Assembly (NCBI GenBank): GCA_035301805.1
Contig: DATGTQ010000079.1
Coordinates: 3,672 to 67,671 of the forward strand
Direction of reading: 5' to 3'
DNA length: 64,000 nucleotides
Source of the DNA: Tissierellales bacterium
Lineage (GTDB): Bacteria; Bacillota; Clostridia; Tissierellales; DATGTQ01
Shown here one piece after another: positions 28,720 through 38,501 of this stretch. The notes under the pieces are model-generated. The model had not been told where the DNA came from. It did not search any database and saw only the letters and a program-made list of their open reading frames with translations. Position numbers and translations under genes: made by a program. Numbering within the stretch: the first letter of the stretch is position 1; every line of letters starts with the position of its first letter.

Positions 28720-30117
28720 ATGTCTGGAGTAAAGATAACAGAAACAATTTTAAGAGATGCGCACCAATCACTAATTGCAACTAGGATGAAAACTGATGAA
28801 ATGTTACCTATAGCTGAGAAATTAGATAAGGTAGGTTTTCATTCTTTAGAGGTATGGGGAGGGGCAACTTTTGATTCTTGTTTACGTTTTTTAAATGAGG
28901 ATCCATGGGAAAGATTGAGAACGCTGAGGAAGGCGTTTGAGAACACAAAATTTCAAATGTTATTAAGGGGACAAAACTTATTAGGCTACAGACATTATTC
29001 AGATGATGTTGTTGAAGAATTCGTTAAAAAGTCTATTGAAAATGGTATAGACATAATGAGAATTTTCGATGCATTAAATGATCCAAGAAATTTAAAAACT
29101 TCTATTAAAGCAACAAATAAATATGGTGGACATGCGCAAGCAGCTATTTCTTACACTGTAAGTCCGGTTCATAATATTGATTATTATGTGGATTTGGCAA
29201 AAGAATTTGAAGGTATGGGAGCAGACTCTATATGTATTAAGGATATGTCAGGTATATTACTTCCTTATGTTGCTGAAGAATTGATAACTAAAATGAAAAA
29301 AGAAATTTCTATACCAATTCAAATACATTCCCATTTTACAAGCGGAATAGCTAATCAAACCTATATGAAGGCTATAGAAGCAGGGGCGGATATTATAGAT
29401 ACAGCCTTTTCACCTTTTGGTATGGGAACAAGTCAACCAGCTACAGAGTCCATGGTTGCATCTTTAAGAAATTCACCCTATGATTCTGGTCTTGATATGG
29501 ATTTATTACTAGAGATTTCCGATTATTTTAATGGTATAAAGGAAAAATATAAAAGGGACGGTTTATTAAGTGAGAAAGTATTAATGGTAAATGCAAAAAC
29601 ATTGAAATATCAAGTGCCTGGTGGAATGATATCTAATTTAGTATCTCAATTAGATGGACAAGGAGCTTTAGACAAGTTTGAAGAAGTACTGGAAGAGGTG
29701 CCTAAAGTAAGAGAAGATTTAGGATATCCACCATTAGTAACTCCTATGAGCCAAATAGTAGGTACACAATCGGTTTTTAATGTAGTATTAGGTGAAAGAT
29801 ATAAAGTAGTACCAAAAGAGGCTAAAAACTATGTTAAAGGCTTATATGGGAAACCAACAGTTCCTATTAAAAAAGAAGTAGAAGAAAAAATAATAGGAAA
29901 TGAATATGTCTACACCGGTAGACCTGCAGACTTATTAAAACCGGAATTAGATACACTTAGAGACGATATTAAAGAATATATTGAACAAGATGAAGATGTT
30001 TTAAGTTATGCTTTATTTCCATCAGTTGCTATTGACTATTTTAAATATAGACAAGCAGAGAAATATAAAATAGATAGCAATTTAGTGGATAACGAACTTA
30101 AAACTTATCCAGTATAA
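28720..30117 (+). CDS. Oxaloacetate decarboxylase alpha / pyruvate carboxylase subunit B-type carboxyltransferase, without biotinyl domain
   Basis: 465 aa. ITETILRDAHQSLIATRM TIM-barrel carboxyltransferase signature. No C-terminal AMKM biotin-attachment motif is present. Confidence 0.85.
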   Translation: MSGVKITETILRDAHQSLIATRMKTDEMLPIAEKLDKVGFHSLEVWGGATFDSCLRFLNEDPWERLRTLRKAFENTKFQMLLRGQNLLGYRHYSDDVVEEFVKKSIENGIDIMRIFDALNDPRNLKTSIKATNKYGGHAQAAISYTVSPVHNIDYYVDLAKEFEGMGADSICIKDMSGILLPYVAEELITKMKKEISIPIQIHSHFTSGIANQTYMKAIEAGADIIDTAFSPFGMGTSQPATESMVASLRNSPYDSGLDMDLLLEISDYFNGIKEKYKRDGLLSEKVLMVNAKTLKYQVPGGMISNLVSQLDGQGALDKFEEVLEEVPKVREDLGYPPLVTPMSQIVGTQSVFNVVLGERYKVVPKEAKNYVKGLYGKPTVPIKKEVEEKIIGNEYVYTGRPADLLKPELDTLRDDIKEYIEQDEDVLSYALFPSVAIDYFKYRQAEKYKIDSNLVDNELKTYPV

Positions 30118-30260
30118 AAAATATTAATTAAATACAGTACAAACACGAGAAGAACCCATATACCTAAATAGCAATGATTTTATTATACGCAAAAGTAATA
30201 AATATTGACTAACAGCAATAAAGTATATTGTTAAAAGTATAAGATAGTTAAAATATAATA

Positions 30261-30309
30261 AATAGCGAATGGATAGTATGTCAACTGTCTATTCGCTATT
30301 TTGCATTTT
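30261..30309 (+). terminator. Probable terminator after the carboxyltransferase gene
   Basis: AATAGCGAAT (30261-30270) / ATTCGCTATT (30291-30300) stem, then TTGCATTTT. Confidence 0.55.
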
Positions 30310-30394
30310 ATATATATTTTTTCATATATTTTAGATAGATATCTTATATGTATTTCTTTAGAATTATTAAAAAGTATTGATAAATTAGGAATGG

Positions 30395-30454
30395 ATGAAA
30401 TAAATCTTGCATATTTTACTTAAATGAATAAAAAATGAAATAAATCTTGCATAT
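30395..30454 (+). repeat. Two perfect 20-bp direct repeats (ATGAAATAAATCTTGCATAT), 40 bp start to start
   Basis: Copies at 30395-30414 and 30435-30454. The second copy contains the -35 hexamer of the kor operon promoter. Confidence 0.85.
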
Positions 30455-30475
30455 AATATATATCTTTGGTATTAT
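30447..30475 (+). promoter_or_regulatory. Promoter of the 2-oxoacid:ferredoxin oxidoreductase operon
   Basis: TTGCAT (30447-30452), 17-nt spacer, extended -10 TGgTATTAT (30467-30475). SD AAGGAGG lies before ATG 30525. Confidence 0.5.
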
Positions 30476-30524
30476 CTAATTAAAGGTAGTTCTTTACTAA
30501 ATACATTAATAAGGAGGAAAATTA

Positions 30525-30725
30525 ATGGCTACAAAAGCTATGAAAACGCTTTACATAGACAAAAATTGGTGTAAAGGGTGTAGAATATGTGTAGCATTTT
30601 GTCCTAAAGATGTACTTGAAATAAAAGATGGTAAAGTAAATATTAAAAATGGTGATGATTGTATTAGATGTGGGCAATGTGAATTAAGATGTCCTGATTA
30701 TGCAATTTATTTAAGGGGGGAATAG
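30525..30725 (+). CDS. korD: 2-oxoacid:ferredoxin oxidoreductase delta subunit (2x[4Fe-4S] ferredoxin)
   Basis: 66 aa with CKGCRICVAFCP and CIRCGQCELRCP motifs. Confidence 0.8.
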   Translation: MATKAMKTLYIDKNWCKGCRICVAFCPKDVLEIKDGKVNIKNGDDCIRCGQCELRCPDYAIYLRGE

Positions 30726-30726
30726 C

Positions 30727-31863
30727 ATGTCTAATAATAGCGTAAGACTTATGCAAGGCAATGAGGCTTGTGTAGAAGGTGCAATAGCTGCTGGAATGAG
30801 ATTTTATGCCGGCTATCCAATAACTCCTTCTACAGAAATTGCTGAAATTTCTGCTGCTAAATTACCTGCAATAAAAGGTAAGTTTATTCAAATGGAAGAT
30901 GAAATAGCGAGTATGGGGGCGATTATTGGTGCTTCTTTAGCAGGGTATAAGTCCATGACAGCAACTAGTGGACCAGGCTTTTCATTAAAACAAGAAAACT
31001 TAGGCTATGCCGCAATGGCAGAAGTACCCTGTGTAATCGTTAATGTTCAAAGAGGTGGTCCGAGTACAGGATTGCCGACAGCTCCTGCACAAGGGGATAT
31101 GATGCAAGCTAGATGGGGTACTCACGGTGATCATCCAGTTATTGCTTTATATCCATCTACAGTTAGAGAAATTTATGATATTACAATACGTGCTTTTAAT
31201 TTAGCTGAAAAATACAGAACACCAGTAATGCTCTTAATGGATGAAGTAATTGGGCATATGAGAGAAAAAATTGAAATTCCAAAAGAGGATACTATAGAAA
31301 TTATAAATAGAAAAAAACCTGAAGAGAATTTAGGTGAATATAATCCTTATGAAGTTAAAGAAGGAGATTTAGTTCCACCTATGGCAGCCTATGGTGAAGG
31401 ATATAGATTTCATGTTACAGGACTTGTACATGACAAGACAGGATTTCCAACTAATGATAAACAGGTTGCTGAAATGTCTATTAAGAGACTTGTAAATAAA
31501 ATTGAAGATAATGCAGATGACATTGTTGAATATGAGGAGTACAAACTTAGGGATGCTGACATAGCAATAGTTGCCTATGGCTCTACTTCTAGATCTGCAA
31601 AATCCGCTATAGATATGGGAAGAGAATCTGGTTTAAAAGTAGGGTTATTTAGACCTATAACTATTTGGCCTTCTCCAGAGAAGAAACTTAAAGAATTGTC
31701 AAAGAAAGTTAAGAAAATAGTTGTTATAGAAATGAACTTAGGTCAGTACTTTTTAGAAGTTGATAGGGTTGCAGGTAAGAATACAGAAGTTCATAAATAT
31801 GGTCGTGTTGATGGAGAGTTAATAACTCCAGAAGAGATATTATCAGTTATTAAGGAGGTATAA
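30727..31863 (+). CDS. korA: 2-oxoacid (2-oxoglutarate-type):ferredoxin oxidoreductase alpha subunit
   Basis: 378 aa. MQGNEACVEGAIAAGMRFYAGYPITPSTEI and GPGFSLKQE motifs. Confidence 0.88.
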   Translation: MSNNSVRLMQGNEACVEGAIAAGMRFYAGYPITPSTEIAEISAAKLPAIKGKFIQMEDEIASMGAIIGASLAGYKSMTATSGPGFSLKQENLGYAAMAEVPCVIVNVQRGGPSTGLPTAPAQGDMMQARWGTHGDHPVIALYPSTVREIYDITIRAFNLAEKYRTPVMLLMDEVIGHMREKIEIPKEDTIEIINRKKPEENLGEYNPYEVKEGDLVPPMAAYGEGYRFHVTGLVHDKTGFPTNDKQVAEMSIKRLVNKIEDNADDIVEYEEYKLRDADIAIVAYGSTSRSAKSAIDMGRESGLKVGLFRPITIWPSPEKKLKELSKKVKKIVVIEMNLGQYFLEVDRVAGKNTEVHKYGRVDGELITPEEILSVIKEV

Positions 31864-31866
31864 AAG

Positions 31867-32676
31867 ATGCCAAGTGAATTAGTAGAAAAGTATTATAGAG
31901 CAAATAAATTACCTCATATTTGGTGTCCCGGTTGTGGAAATGGAATAGTTACAAGAAGTATTGTAAAAGCTATTGATAATCTTGGGCTAGAAAAAGATAA
32001 AGTATGTATAGTTTCTGGTATTGGTTGTTCTTCAAGGGCTTCTGGTTATTTAGATTTTAATACCATACATACAACTCATGGTAGAGCTCTTGCATTTGCT
32101 ACAGGTATAAAATTTGCCAATCCAGAATTAACAGTTATAGTAATAACTGGAGATGGAGATAGTGCTGCCATAGGCGGAAACCATTTAATCCATGCGGCAA
32201 GAAGGAATATTGATATTACTACTATTGTATATAATAATAATATTTATGGTATGACGGGAGGCCAATATTCACCTACAACTCCTACAGGAGACAAAGGTAC
32301 TACTGCACCTTATGGAAATATTGATAGTAATTTCGACCTTTGTAAGCTTTCCGAAGCTGCTGGGGCAACTTATGTAGGAAGAGCTACAGTATATAATGCA
32401 AATATGATAACTAAGCTAGCTGAAGGTGGTATAAAGAATAAAGGATTCTCTTTCATTGAAACATTGACTACCTGTCCTACTTACTATGGACGTAGAAATA
32501 AAAAAGGCGATCCAGTGGATATGATGGAATTTATAAAAAATTGTTCTATAAATATTAAGGCCTACGAAAAATTACCAACAGAAAAAAAGGATGGTAAAAT
32601 AGTTGTTGGAGAATTATTTAAAACTAGTCGACCAGAATATACTGAGAAATATAAAAAATTAATAGAATCCTTTTAA
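31867..32676 (+). CDS. korB: 2-oxoacid:ferredoxin oxidoreductase beta subunit (TPP-binding)
   Basis: 269 aa. WCPGCGNG, GIGCSSR and TGDGDSAAIGGNH motifs. Confidence 0.88.
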   Translation: MPSELVEKYYRANKLPHIWCPGCGNGIVTRSIVKAIDNLGLEKDKVCIVSGIGCSSRASGYLDFNTIHTTHGRALAFATGIKFANPELTVIVITGDGDSAAIGGNHLIHAARRNIDITTIVYNNNIYGMTGGQYSPTTPTGDKGTTAPYGNIDSNFDLCKLSEAAGATYVGRATVYNANMITKLAEGGIKNKGFSFIETLTTCPTYYGRRNKKGDPVDMMEFIKNCSINIKAYEKLPTEKKDGKIVVGELFKTSRPEYTEKYKKLIESF

Positions 32677-32689
32677 GGGGGGATATGTA

Positions 32690-33229
32690 ATGCATAAAGA
32701 ATTAAGACTAAGTGGTTCTGGGGGACAAGGGCTAATTTTAGCAGGAATCATACTTGCGGAAGCAGCTTTAGATGATGGAAAAAATGTTGTTCAATCTCAA
32801 TCCTATGGGCCAGAGGCCAGAGGTGGTGCAAGTAAATCGGAGGTTATAATAAGTGAGGATGAAATAAATTATCCAAAGATTGGCGATAGTGATATTCTAT
32901 TATGCCTAACTGAAGTGGCTTATGATAAATATATAGGTAGTTTAAAAGAAAATGGTGTACTTATACTTGATAATAATATAACTAAAAAAGTTGACAAAGA
33001 TAAATGTAAAGTGTATAAAGTTCCTATACTAGATATTGCAGAGAATAAATTAAAAAAACCTATGGTTGCAAATATTGTGGCTCTAGGCACTATATATGAA
33101 TTAACTAATGTTGTTAGTAAAGATTCCCTAGAAAAAGCTGTATTAAATAGAGTTCCTAAGGGAACGGAAGAGCTTAATAAAAAGGCTCTTGAATATGGAT
33201 TTAACTTAATATTAGATATAAAAGATTAA
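32690..33229 (+). CDS. korC: 2-oxoacid:ferredoxin oxidoreductase gamma subunit
   Basis: 179 aa. LSGSGGQGLILAG...SYGPEARGGAS motif. Confidence 0.85.
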   Translation: MHKELRLSGSGGQGLILAGIILAEAALDDGKNVVQSQSYGPEARGGASKSEVIISEDEINYPKIGDSDILLCLTEVAYDKYIGSLKENGVLILDNNITKKVDKDKCKVYKVPILDIAENKLKKPMVANIVALGTIYELTNVVSKDSLEKAVLNRVPKGTEELNKKALEYGFNLILDIKD

Positions 33230-33247
33230 AGATTAAGGAAGATTAAT

Positions 33248-34135
33248 ATGGAAAATTACGTTAACTTAATAAAGCTCCTACAAACAAATTTCAATAAACT
33301 AAGCAAAGGCCAAAAACTTATTGCTGAATATATCATAGAAAATTACGACAAAGCTGCTTTTATGACAGCATCAAAATTAGGTGAAACTGTTGGTGTTAGT
33401 GAATCTACAGTAGTTAGATTTGCCAATACTTTAGGTTATAAAGGTTATAGAGAATTACAAAATGAATTACAAGAATTAGTTAAAAATAAATTAACTACTG
33501 TACAAAGAATAAGTTTAACAGATAGTTATTTAGATACAAAAGATAATTCAATGAAAAAAGTATTAAAAAAGGATATGGATAATATTAGAAGTACCATTGA
33601 TGAATTAGATTATGAAAACTTTGACATAGCTATTGAAAATATTTTAAAAGCTAAAACAGTTTATGTATTAGGCCTTAGAAGTTCTGCTTTTCTAGCAGGC
33701 TATTTAGGATTTTATTTTAATTTTATAGTTGATAATGTGAAAGTTGTAACATCTGCACCAAGTGATGTTTTTGAACAATTATTAAAAGCTACAGAAAATG
33801 ATGTAGTTATTGGAATAAGTTATCCACGGTATTCTAAAAGAACATTAGAGGCTCTAGATTATGCTAAGGAAAAAGGCTGTAAAATAATTGGCATAACTGA
33901 TAGTTTAGTTTCACCAGCTGCACAAATAGCAGATATAACTCTTATAGCTGGAAGTAATATGGTATCCTTTGTAGACTCCTTAGTGGCTCCTATGAGTTTA
34001 ATTAATGCACTTATAGTTGGAGTTGCTATGGAAAAAGAGGAAGGCATTACAAAATATTTTGAGGATCTAGAAGCAATATGGGAAAAACATAATGTTTATG
34101 GAATTAGTAATAGAAATAATAATCTAAATAAATAA
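33248..34135 (+). CDS. MurR/RpiR family transcriptional regulator (HTH + SIS domain)
   Basis: 295 aa. N-terminal HTH_6 (LSKGQKLIAEYIIENYDKAAFMTASKLGETVGVSESTVVRFA) and a C-terminal SIS fold. Confidence 0.85.
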   Translation: MENYVNLIKLLQTNFNKLSKGQKLIAEYIIENYDKAAFMTASKLGETVGVSESTVVRFANTLGYKGYRELQNELQELVKNKLTTVQRISLTDSYLDTKDNSMKKVLKKDMDNIRSTIDELDYENFDIAIENILKAKTVYVLGLRSSAFLAGYLGFYFNFIVDNVKVVTSAPSDVFEQLLKATENDVVIGISYPRYSKRTLEALDYAKEKGCKIIGITDSLVSPAAQIADITLIAGSNMVSFVDSLVAPMSLINALIVGVAMEKEEGITKYFEDLEAIWEKHNVYGISNRNNNLNK

Positions 34136-34170
34136 AAGGGTCTATGTATGACCCTTTTATTTATTTTTTC
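34134..34170 (+). terminator. Intrinsic terminator
   Basis: AAAAGGGTC (34134-34142) / GACCCTTTT (34150-34158) stem, then a T-rich tail. Confidence 0.8.
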
Positions 34171-34409
34171 AATTAATTGTTGTTTTAATAGGGAATTTTG
34201 TAGGCAAAACCTATGATATCATATCAAATGTTATCATAAATGATACATACTATATTATTATTTAATCTATTTTTTAAACTATTTTTTAACTAAATCAGTT
34301 ATCTCATATTTAAAATAAGAAAAAAATATAAAAATCTGGTATAATAAATTTTAGTAAATTAATGAAAATAAAATAATAAAAACAATTAATAATATAAAAG
34401 GTGATTAAA

Positions 34410-35036
34410 ATGAAAAAAATTTATTTAACAAGACATGGTGAATCAAAATGGAATGTATTAAAAAAGGTACAAGGGCAACAAAATATTGATTTAACACAGA
34501 AAGGCATTAAGCAGGCAGAAAAATTAGCTAAAAGACTAAATAACCAAGAAATTGATGCTATATATAGTAGTGATTTATCAAGGGCATATGAGACAGCTAA
34601 AATAGTAGGAGCTGAAAATAAAATTAATATTGTAAAATTGAAGGAATTACGAGAAATTAAATTTGGACCTTGGGAGGGTTTAGATATAGAAGAAATAATA
34701 AATAATTATGGTGAAGAATATAAATTATGGTTAAAGACCCCCCATAAGCTTAAACTAGAGAAAGTAGAAACAGTAGAAGAACTAAAGGAACGGGCTAAAA
34801 AAGCTTTAGATATTATTTTAAGCAATAAAGAACTGGAGAATGTGCTTATTGTAAGTCATGGAGCATTTTTAAAAGCGATATTATTAGTTCTTTTAGATTT
34901 AGATATTTCTAGTTTTAGCAGGTTTTCACTAAATAATGTTAGTTTAAGTATTGTTGAATTTAGACAATACAATAATATTTTAAAATTATTCAATGATATT
35001 AATCACCTACGAGAGGATAATGTTTATAATGACTGA
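34410..35036 (+). CDS. Histidine phosphatase family protein (phosphoglycerate-mutase-like)
   Basis: LTRHGESKWN catalytic RHG motif and a later SHG. I prefer ATG 34410 (SD AAAGGTGA) over the track's GTG 34401. Confidence 0.8.
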   Translation: MKKIYLTRHGESKWNVLKKVQGQQNIDLTQKGIKQAEKLAKRLNNQEIDAIYSSDLSRAYETAKIVGAENKINIVKLKELREIKFGPWEGLDIEEIINNYGEEYKLWLKTPHKLKLEKVETVEELKERAKKALDIILSNKELENVLIVSHGAFLKAILLVLLDLDISSFSRFSLNNVSLSIVEFRQYNNILKLFNDINHLREDNVYND

Positions 35037-36252
35037 TAAAGTTGCTATTATTGGCGGTGGACCAGCTGGAATGATCTCTGCTGGATATGCTGCAGCTAGA
35101 AATAAAGATGTCACTCTATTTGAAAAGAATGAAAAGCTAGGAAAAAAACTATATATAACAGGTAAAGGTAGATGTAATATAACGAATAATTCTCCCATAG
35201 AAGATTTTTTCGATAACGTAGTAACTAATAGGGAGTTTTTATATAGTGCATTTTATAGCTTTTCTAATTATAATATTATAGAATTATTAGAAGAATATGG
35301 GTTACAGAGTAAGGTAGAAAGAGGAAACAGAGTTTTTCCATCTACAGATAAATCAAGTGATGTAATTAATACACTGAAACTTTTTCTAAAAGATAAAAAA
35401 GCAAATATAGTTTTAAATAGTAATGTAGTTTCTGTCAATTCAAAAGGTAATGGTTTTATAGTTACACTGGATAGTGAAGACGAATATTATTTTAATAAAA
35501 TTATATTAGCTACTGGTGGACAATCTTATCCTTTTACTGGTTCAACAGGAGACGGCTATAAATTCGCTAAAAATTTTGGTCATACAATTGAAAGCATAAG
35601 ACCTGGTCTAATTCCTATTGAATTAAAAGATAAGTGGTTATCCTCACTACAAGGATTAACATTAAAAAATGTTACCTTGTCTGCTAAGAAAGATAATAAA
35701 GTTATTTATGATGAATTTGGTGAAATGATATTTACCCATTTTGGTATATCTGGGCCTATAGTTCTATCTCTAAGTAGTTATTTAAACAAATATTCTTTAA
35801 GAGAAATAAGTTTATATTTAGATTTAAAACCAGCTCTTACAAATGAAAAATTAGAAAAGAGAATATTAAGAGATTTTGATATATACAAGAACAAATATAT
35901 AGAAAATGGTCTAGTTGATTTATTACCTAAAAAGATGATTCCTATTATATTAAATAATGCAGGTATAGATGGAAATAAATTTATTCATCAAGTTACAAAA
36001 AAAGAAAGATATGAATTAGTTAAAACTATTAAAAATTTTCCACTAAATACTTTAGGCTTTAGACCAATTAAGGAGGCTATAGTTACTTCTGGTGGTGTCT
36101 CAACATTGGAGATTAATTCTTCTACTATGGAATCTAAATTAAAAAAGGGTTTGTTTTTTTCTGGTGAAATTATTGATGTAGATGCATTAACGGGAGGATA
36201 TAATTTACAAATTGCATATTCTACTGGCTATTTAGCAGGGAATAATGTGTAG
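35029..36252 (+). CDS. HI0933/YhiN-family NAD(P)/FAD-dependent oxidoreductase
   Basis: VAIIGGGPAGMISA, GKGRCNITN and a C-terminal GEIIDVDALTGGYNLQ motif. I prefer ATG 35029, which overlaps the upstream stop by 8 nt (ATGACTGA). Confidence 0.8.
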   Translation: MTDKVAIIGGGPAGMISAGYAAARNKDVTLFEKNEKLGKKLYITGKGRCNITNNSPIEDFFDNVVTNREFLYSAFYSFSNYNIIELLEEYGLQSKVERGNRVFPSTDKSSDVINTLKLFLKDKKANIVLNSNVVSVNSKGNGFIVTLDSEDEYYFNKIILATGGQSYPFTGSTGDGYKFAKNFGHTIESIRPGLIPIELKDKWLSSLQGLTLKNVTLSAKKDNKVIYDEFGEMIFTHFGISGPIVLSLSSYLNKYSLREISLYLDLKPALTNEKLEKRILRDFDIYKNKYIENGLVDLLPKKMIPIILNNAGIDGNKFIHQVTKKERYELVKTIKNFPLNTLGFRPIKEAIVTSGGVSTLEINSSTMESKLKKGLFFSGEIIDVDALTGGYNLQIAYSTGYLAGNNV

Positions 36253-36322
36253 TTAGATACATTATTTCTTTTAATATTGCATATTATATTTATAGAATAT
36301 GTAATATTTAGGAGGAGTTTTT

Positions 36323-36772
36323 GTGCGTAAATTATTTCATGGATTAGAAATAGTAATATTAATTTTAACAGTTATAAGTATGCTATTTTTAGTCTTTATT
36401 CAAATTATTTCACCTAGTGATATGGATATAGTAGCAGTAATTGGTAAACATAATAATGGTAATGAATTTACTCCTATGAATAAGTTAAATATAAATGAAA
36501 AAGGCATTGTTATTTTAAAGTTATTAAATAATAATTTAGAAGATATTAAAATACTTGTAAATGGGGATGAAGTTGATAATTTTCAAGGTAATGATGAAGT
36601 AAGCATCCAAGTATATAATAATGATTTAATTGAAATAGATGGTACTAAATATTTAGAAAGGGTAAAAGTTCAAATAATAGGTATTAGCGAAAATTTAAAG
36701 CTACCTGAATTAGATACTACTATTGAAACTTCTCAAAGCATTGAAATGTTAGGAAGAGTTAAGTTAAAATAG
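36323..36772 (+). CDS. Hypothetical membrane-anchored protein
   Basis: 149 aa with a single N-terminal TM helix and no motif I recognise. GTG start with SD AGGAGG. Confidence 0.4.
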   Translation: MRKLFHGLEIVILILTVISMLFLVFIQIISPSDMDIVAVIGKHNNGNEFTPMNKLNINEKGIVILKLLNNNLEDIKILVNGDEVDNFQGNDEVSIQVYNNDLIEIDGTKYLERVKVQIIGISENLKLPELDTTIETSQSIEMLGRVKLK

Positions 36773-36823
36773 CTTGAGTCTAATGCCTTTTTAATATATA
36801 ATTATAAAAGAAAGTGGTGTTTT

Positions 36824-37183
36824 ATGAGTATTATTGCTATTAGAGGAGCAATTACGGTAGAACAAAATAATAAAGCTGACATTGCTAAAAACACAAAGGA
36901 ACTTATTCAAAAAATAGAAAAGGAAAATAATATAGAAAAGGATAAGGTAATAAGTATTATATTCTCTGTAACTAAAGATTTAAATGCGGATTATCCAGCA
37001 AAAACTGCAAGGGAGCTAGGCTATATTCATAGTGGTTTAATGTGTTTTAATGAAATGGAAGTTTCAAATAGTTTAAGAAAATGTATAAGAGTAATGATAT
37101 TATATAATGAGGAAACTTCCCAAAGTAATGTAAAACACGTTTATTTGAAAGAAGCTAAGGTATTACGTCCAGATTTATCTTGA
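36824..37183 (+). CDS. aroH: Chorismate mutase, AroH class
   Basis: 119 aa. MSIIAIRGAITVEQN is the AroH-type N-terminus. Confidence 0.8.
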   Translation: MSIIAIRGAITVEQNNKADIAKNTKELIQKIEKENNIEKDKVISIIFSVTKDLNADYPAKTARELGYIHSGLMCFNEMEVSNSLRKCIRVMILYNEETSQSNVKHVYLKEAKVLRPDLS

Positions 37184-37243
37184 TGAAAATTATGCAACAA
37201 CCACCACAAGGTGGTTATAATTTTATATAGGAGGAAATACAGC

Positions 37244-37906
37244 ATGAAAAATAAATTTTCTATTGCAATAGATGGTCCTGCTGCTTCTGGCAAAAGCACT
37301 ATGGCTAAAATTATTAGTAAAAAATTAGGACTAGAATATATTGATACAGGAGCTATGTATAGGGCATTAACATTAAAAGTTATAAGTGAAAATATTGATT
37401 TTTCAAATATACCTTCTATTGTTAGCCTATTAGAAAATACTAAAATTGATTTCTCTAACAATCATATTTATTTGGATAATGAAAAAGTAGACAAGCAGAT
37501 ACGAAAAAATATTATTAATCAAAATGTTTCAAATATATCAAAGATTAAACAAGTAAGAAGTATAATGGTTAAAAAGCAACAGGACATTGCTAAAGAGAAA
37601 AATGTAATTATGGATGGCCGTGACATTGGAACAATAGTATTACCTAATGCTGAGTATAAATTCTTTGTATTAGCCTCTATTGAAGAAAGAGCTAAAAGGA
37701 GACACTTAGAGCTAATAAAGAAGGGTGAAAAGAGTGTAAGCTTTGAACAAGTAAAAGAAGAAATAGCTATAAGAGATAAAATTGATAGTAATAGAGAAGT
37801 TGGGCCTTTATTAAAAAGTCCAGATGCTTATGAAATTGATACAACTAACAAAACTATTGATGAATCTGTAAAAAAAATACTTAATATTATTGAGGGGGAT
37901 AATTAA
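37244..37906 (+). CDS. cmk: Cytidylate kinase
   Basis: IAIDGPAASGKST P-loop and DTGAMYRA. I prefer ATG 37244 (SD AGGAGG) over the track start at 37211. Confidence 0.9.
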   Translation: MKNKFSIAIDGPAASGKSTMAKIISKKLGLEYIDTGAMYRALTLKVISENIDFSNIPSIVSLLENTKIDFSNNHIYLDNEKVDKQIRKNIINQNVSNISKIKQVRSIMVKKQQDIAKEKNVIMDGRDIGTIVLPNAEYKFFVLASIEERAKRRHLELIKKGEKSVSFEQVKEEIAIRDKIDSNREVGPLLKSPDAYEIDTTNKTIDESVKKILNIIEGDN

Positions 37907-38485
37907 TTGACATTTTATAAAGTTTGTAGGGGAATTTGCAATGTTTTATTTAGAATCTTTTTCAGATTTAAGGTAATCGGGAAGGAAAAAATACCAAAGG
38001 ATGGCAAGGTTATAGTCTGTGCTAACCATATAAGTCTTTTAGACCCAATTGCATTGGCTATATCAATTCCAAGGCCTATAAACTTTATGGCAAAAAAAGA
38101 ACTTTTTGAAAATAAATTTTCTAAATGGTTAATAGGAAATTTAGGGGCCTTCCCCGTAGATAGGGAAGGTTCAGATTTATCGGCAATTAGAAATTCTATG
38201 AAAGTATTAAAAAATAATGGCATATTAGGCATTTTTCCAGAGGGTAAAAGAGTTTATGAACCTGATATTAAAAATGCAAAACCAGGCATAGGTATAATTG
38301 CTGTAAAGGCACAGGCACCAGTAATACCTATTTATATAGATTCTAAATATAGGATTTTTGGTAAAGTATTGATTAAAGTTGGAGATCCAATAAAAGTTGA
38401 TAAATATCATAAACAAAAAACTACAGGTGAAGATTATAAAAAACTAAGTGAAGAGATAATGTACTCAATTTATTCACTTAAGTAG
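37907..38485 (+). CDS. plsC: 1-acyl-sn-glycerol-3-phosphate acyltransferase
   Basis: 192 aa. NHISLLDP (HX4D) and FPEGKR motifs. TTG start abutting the cmk stop. Confidence 0.85.
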   Translation: MTFYKVCRGICNVLFRIFFRFKVIGKEKIPKDGKVIVCANHISLLDPIALAISIPRPINFMAKKELFENKFSKWLIGNLGAFPVDREGSDLSAIRNSMKVLKNNGILGIFPEGKRVYEPDIKNAKPGIGIIAVKAQAPVIPIYIDSKYRIFGKVLIKVGDPIKVDKYHKQKTTGEDYKKLSEEIMYSIYSLK

Positions 38486-38501
38486 AATAGGGGGAAATGT
38501 T

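Noticed and set aside
30395-30454. The 20-bp direct repeats as a mini CRISPR array.
   Set aside because: There are only two copies, the spacer is 20 bp, and there are no cas genes. The second copy overlaps a promoter -35, so a regulatory repeat is the better reading.
37199-37216. AACCACC-ACAA-GGTGGTT hairpin after aroH as a terminator.
   Set aside because: The stem is only 7 bp with a weak, interrupted U-tract (ATAATTTTATA). The cmk SD follows within 15 nt, so read-through to cmk is more plausible. It was not called as a feature.
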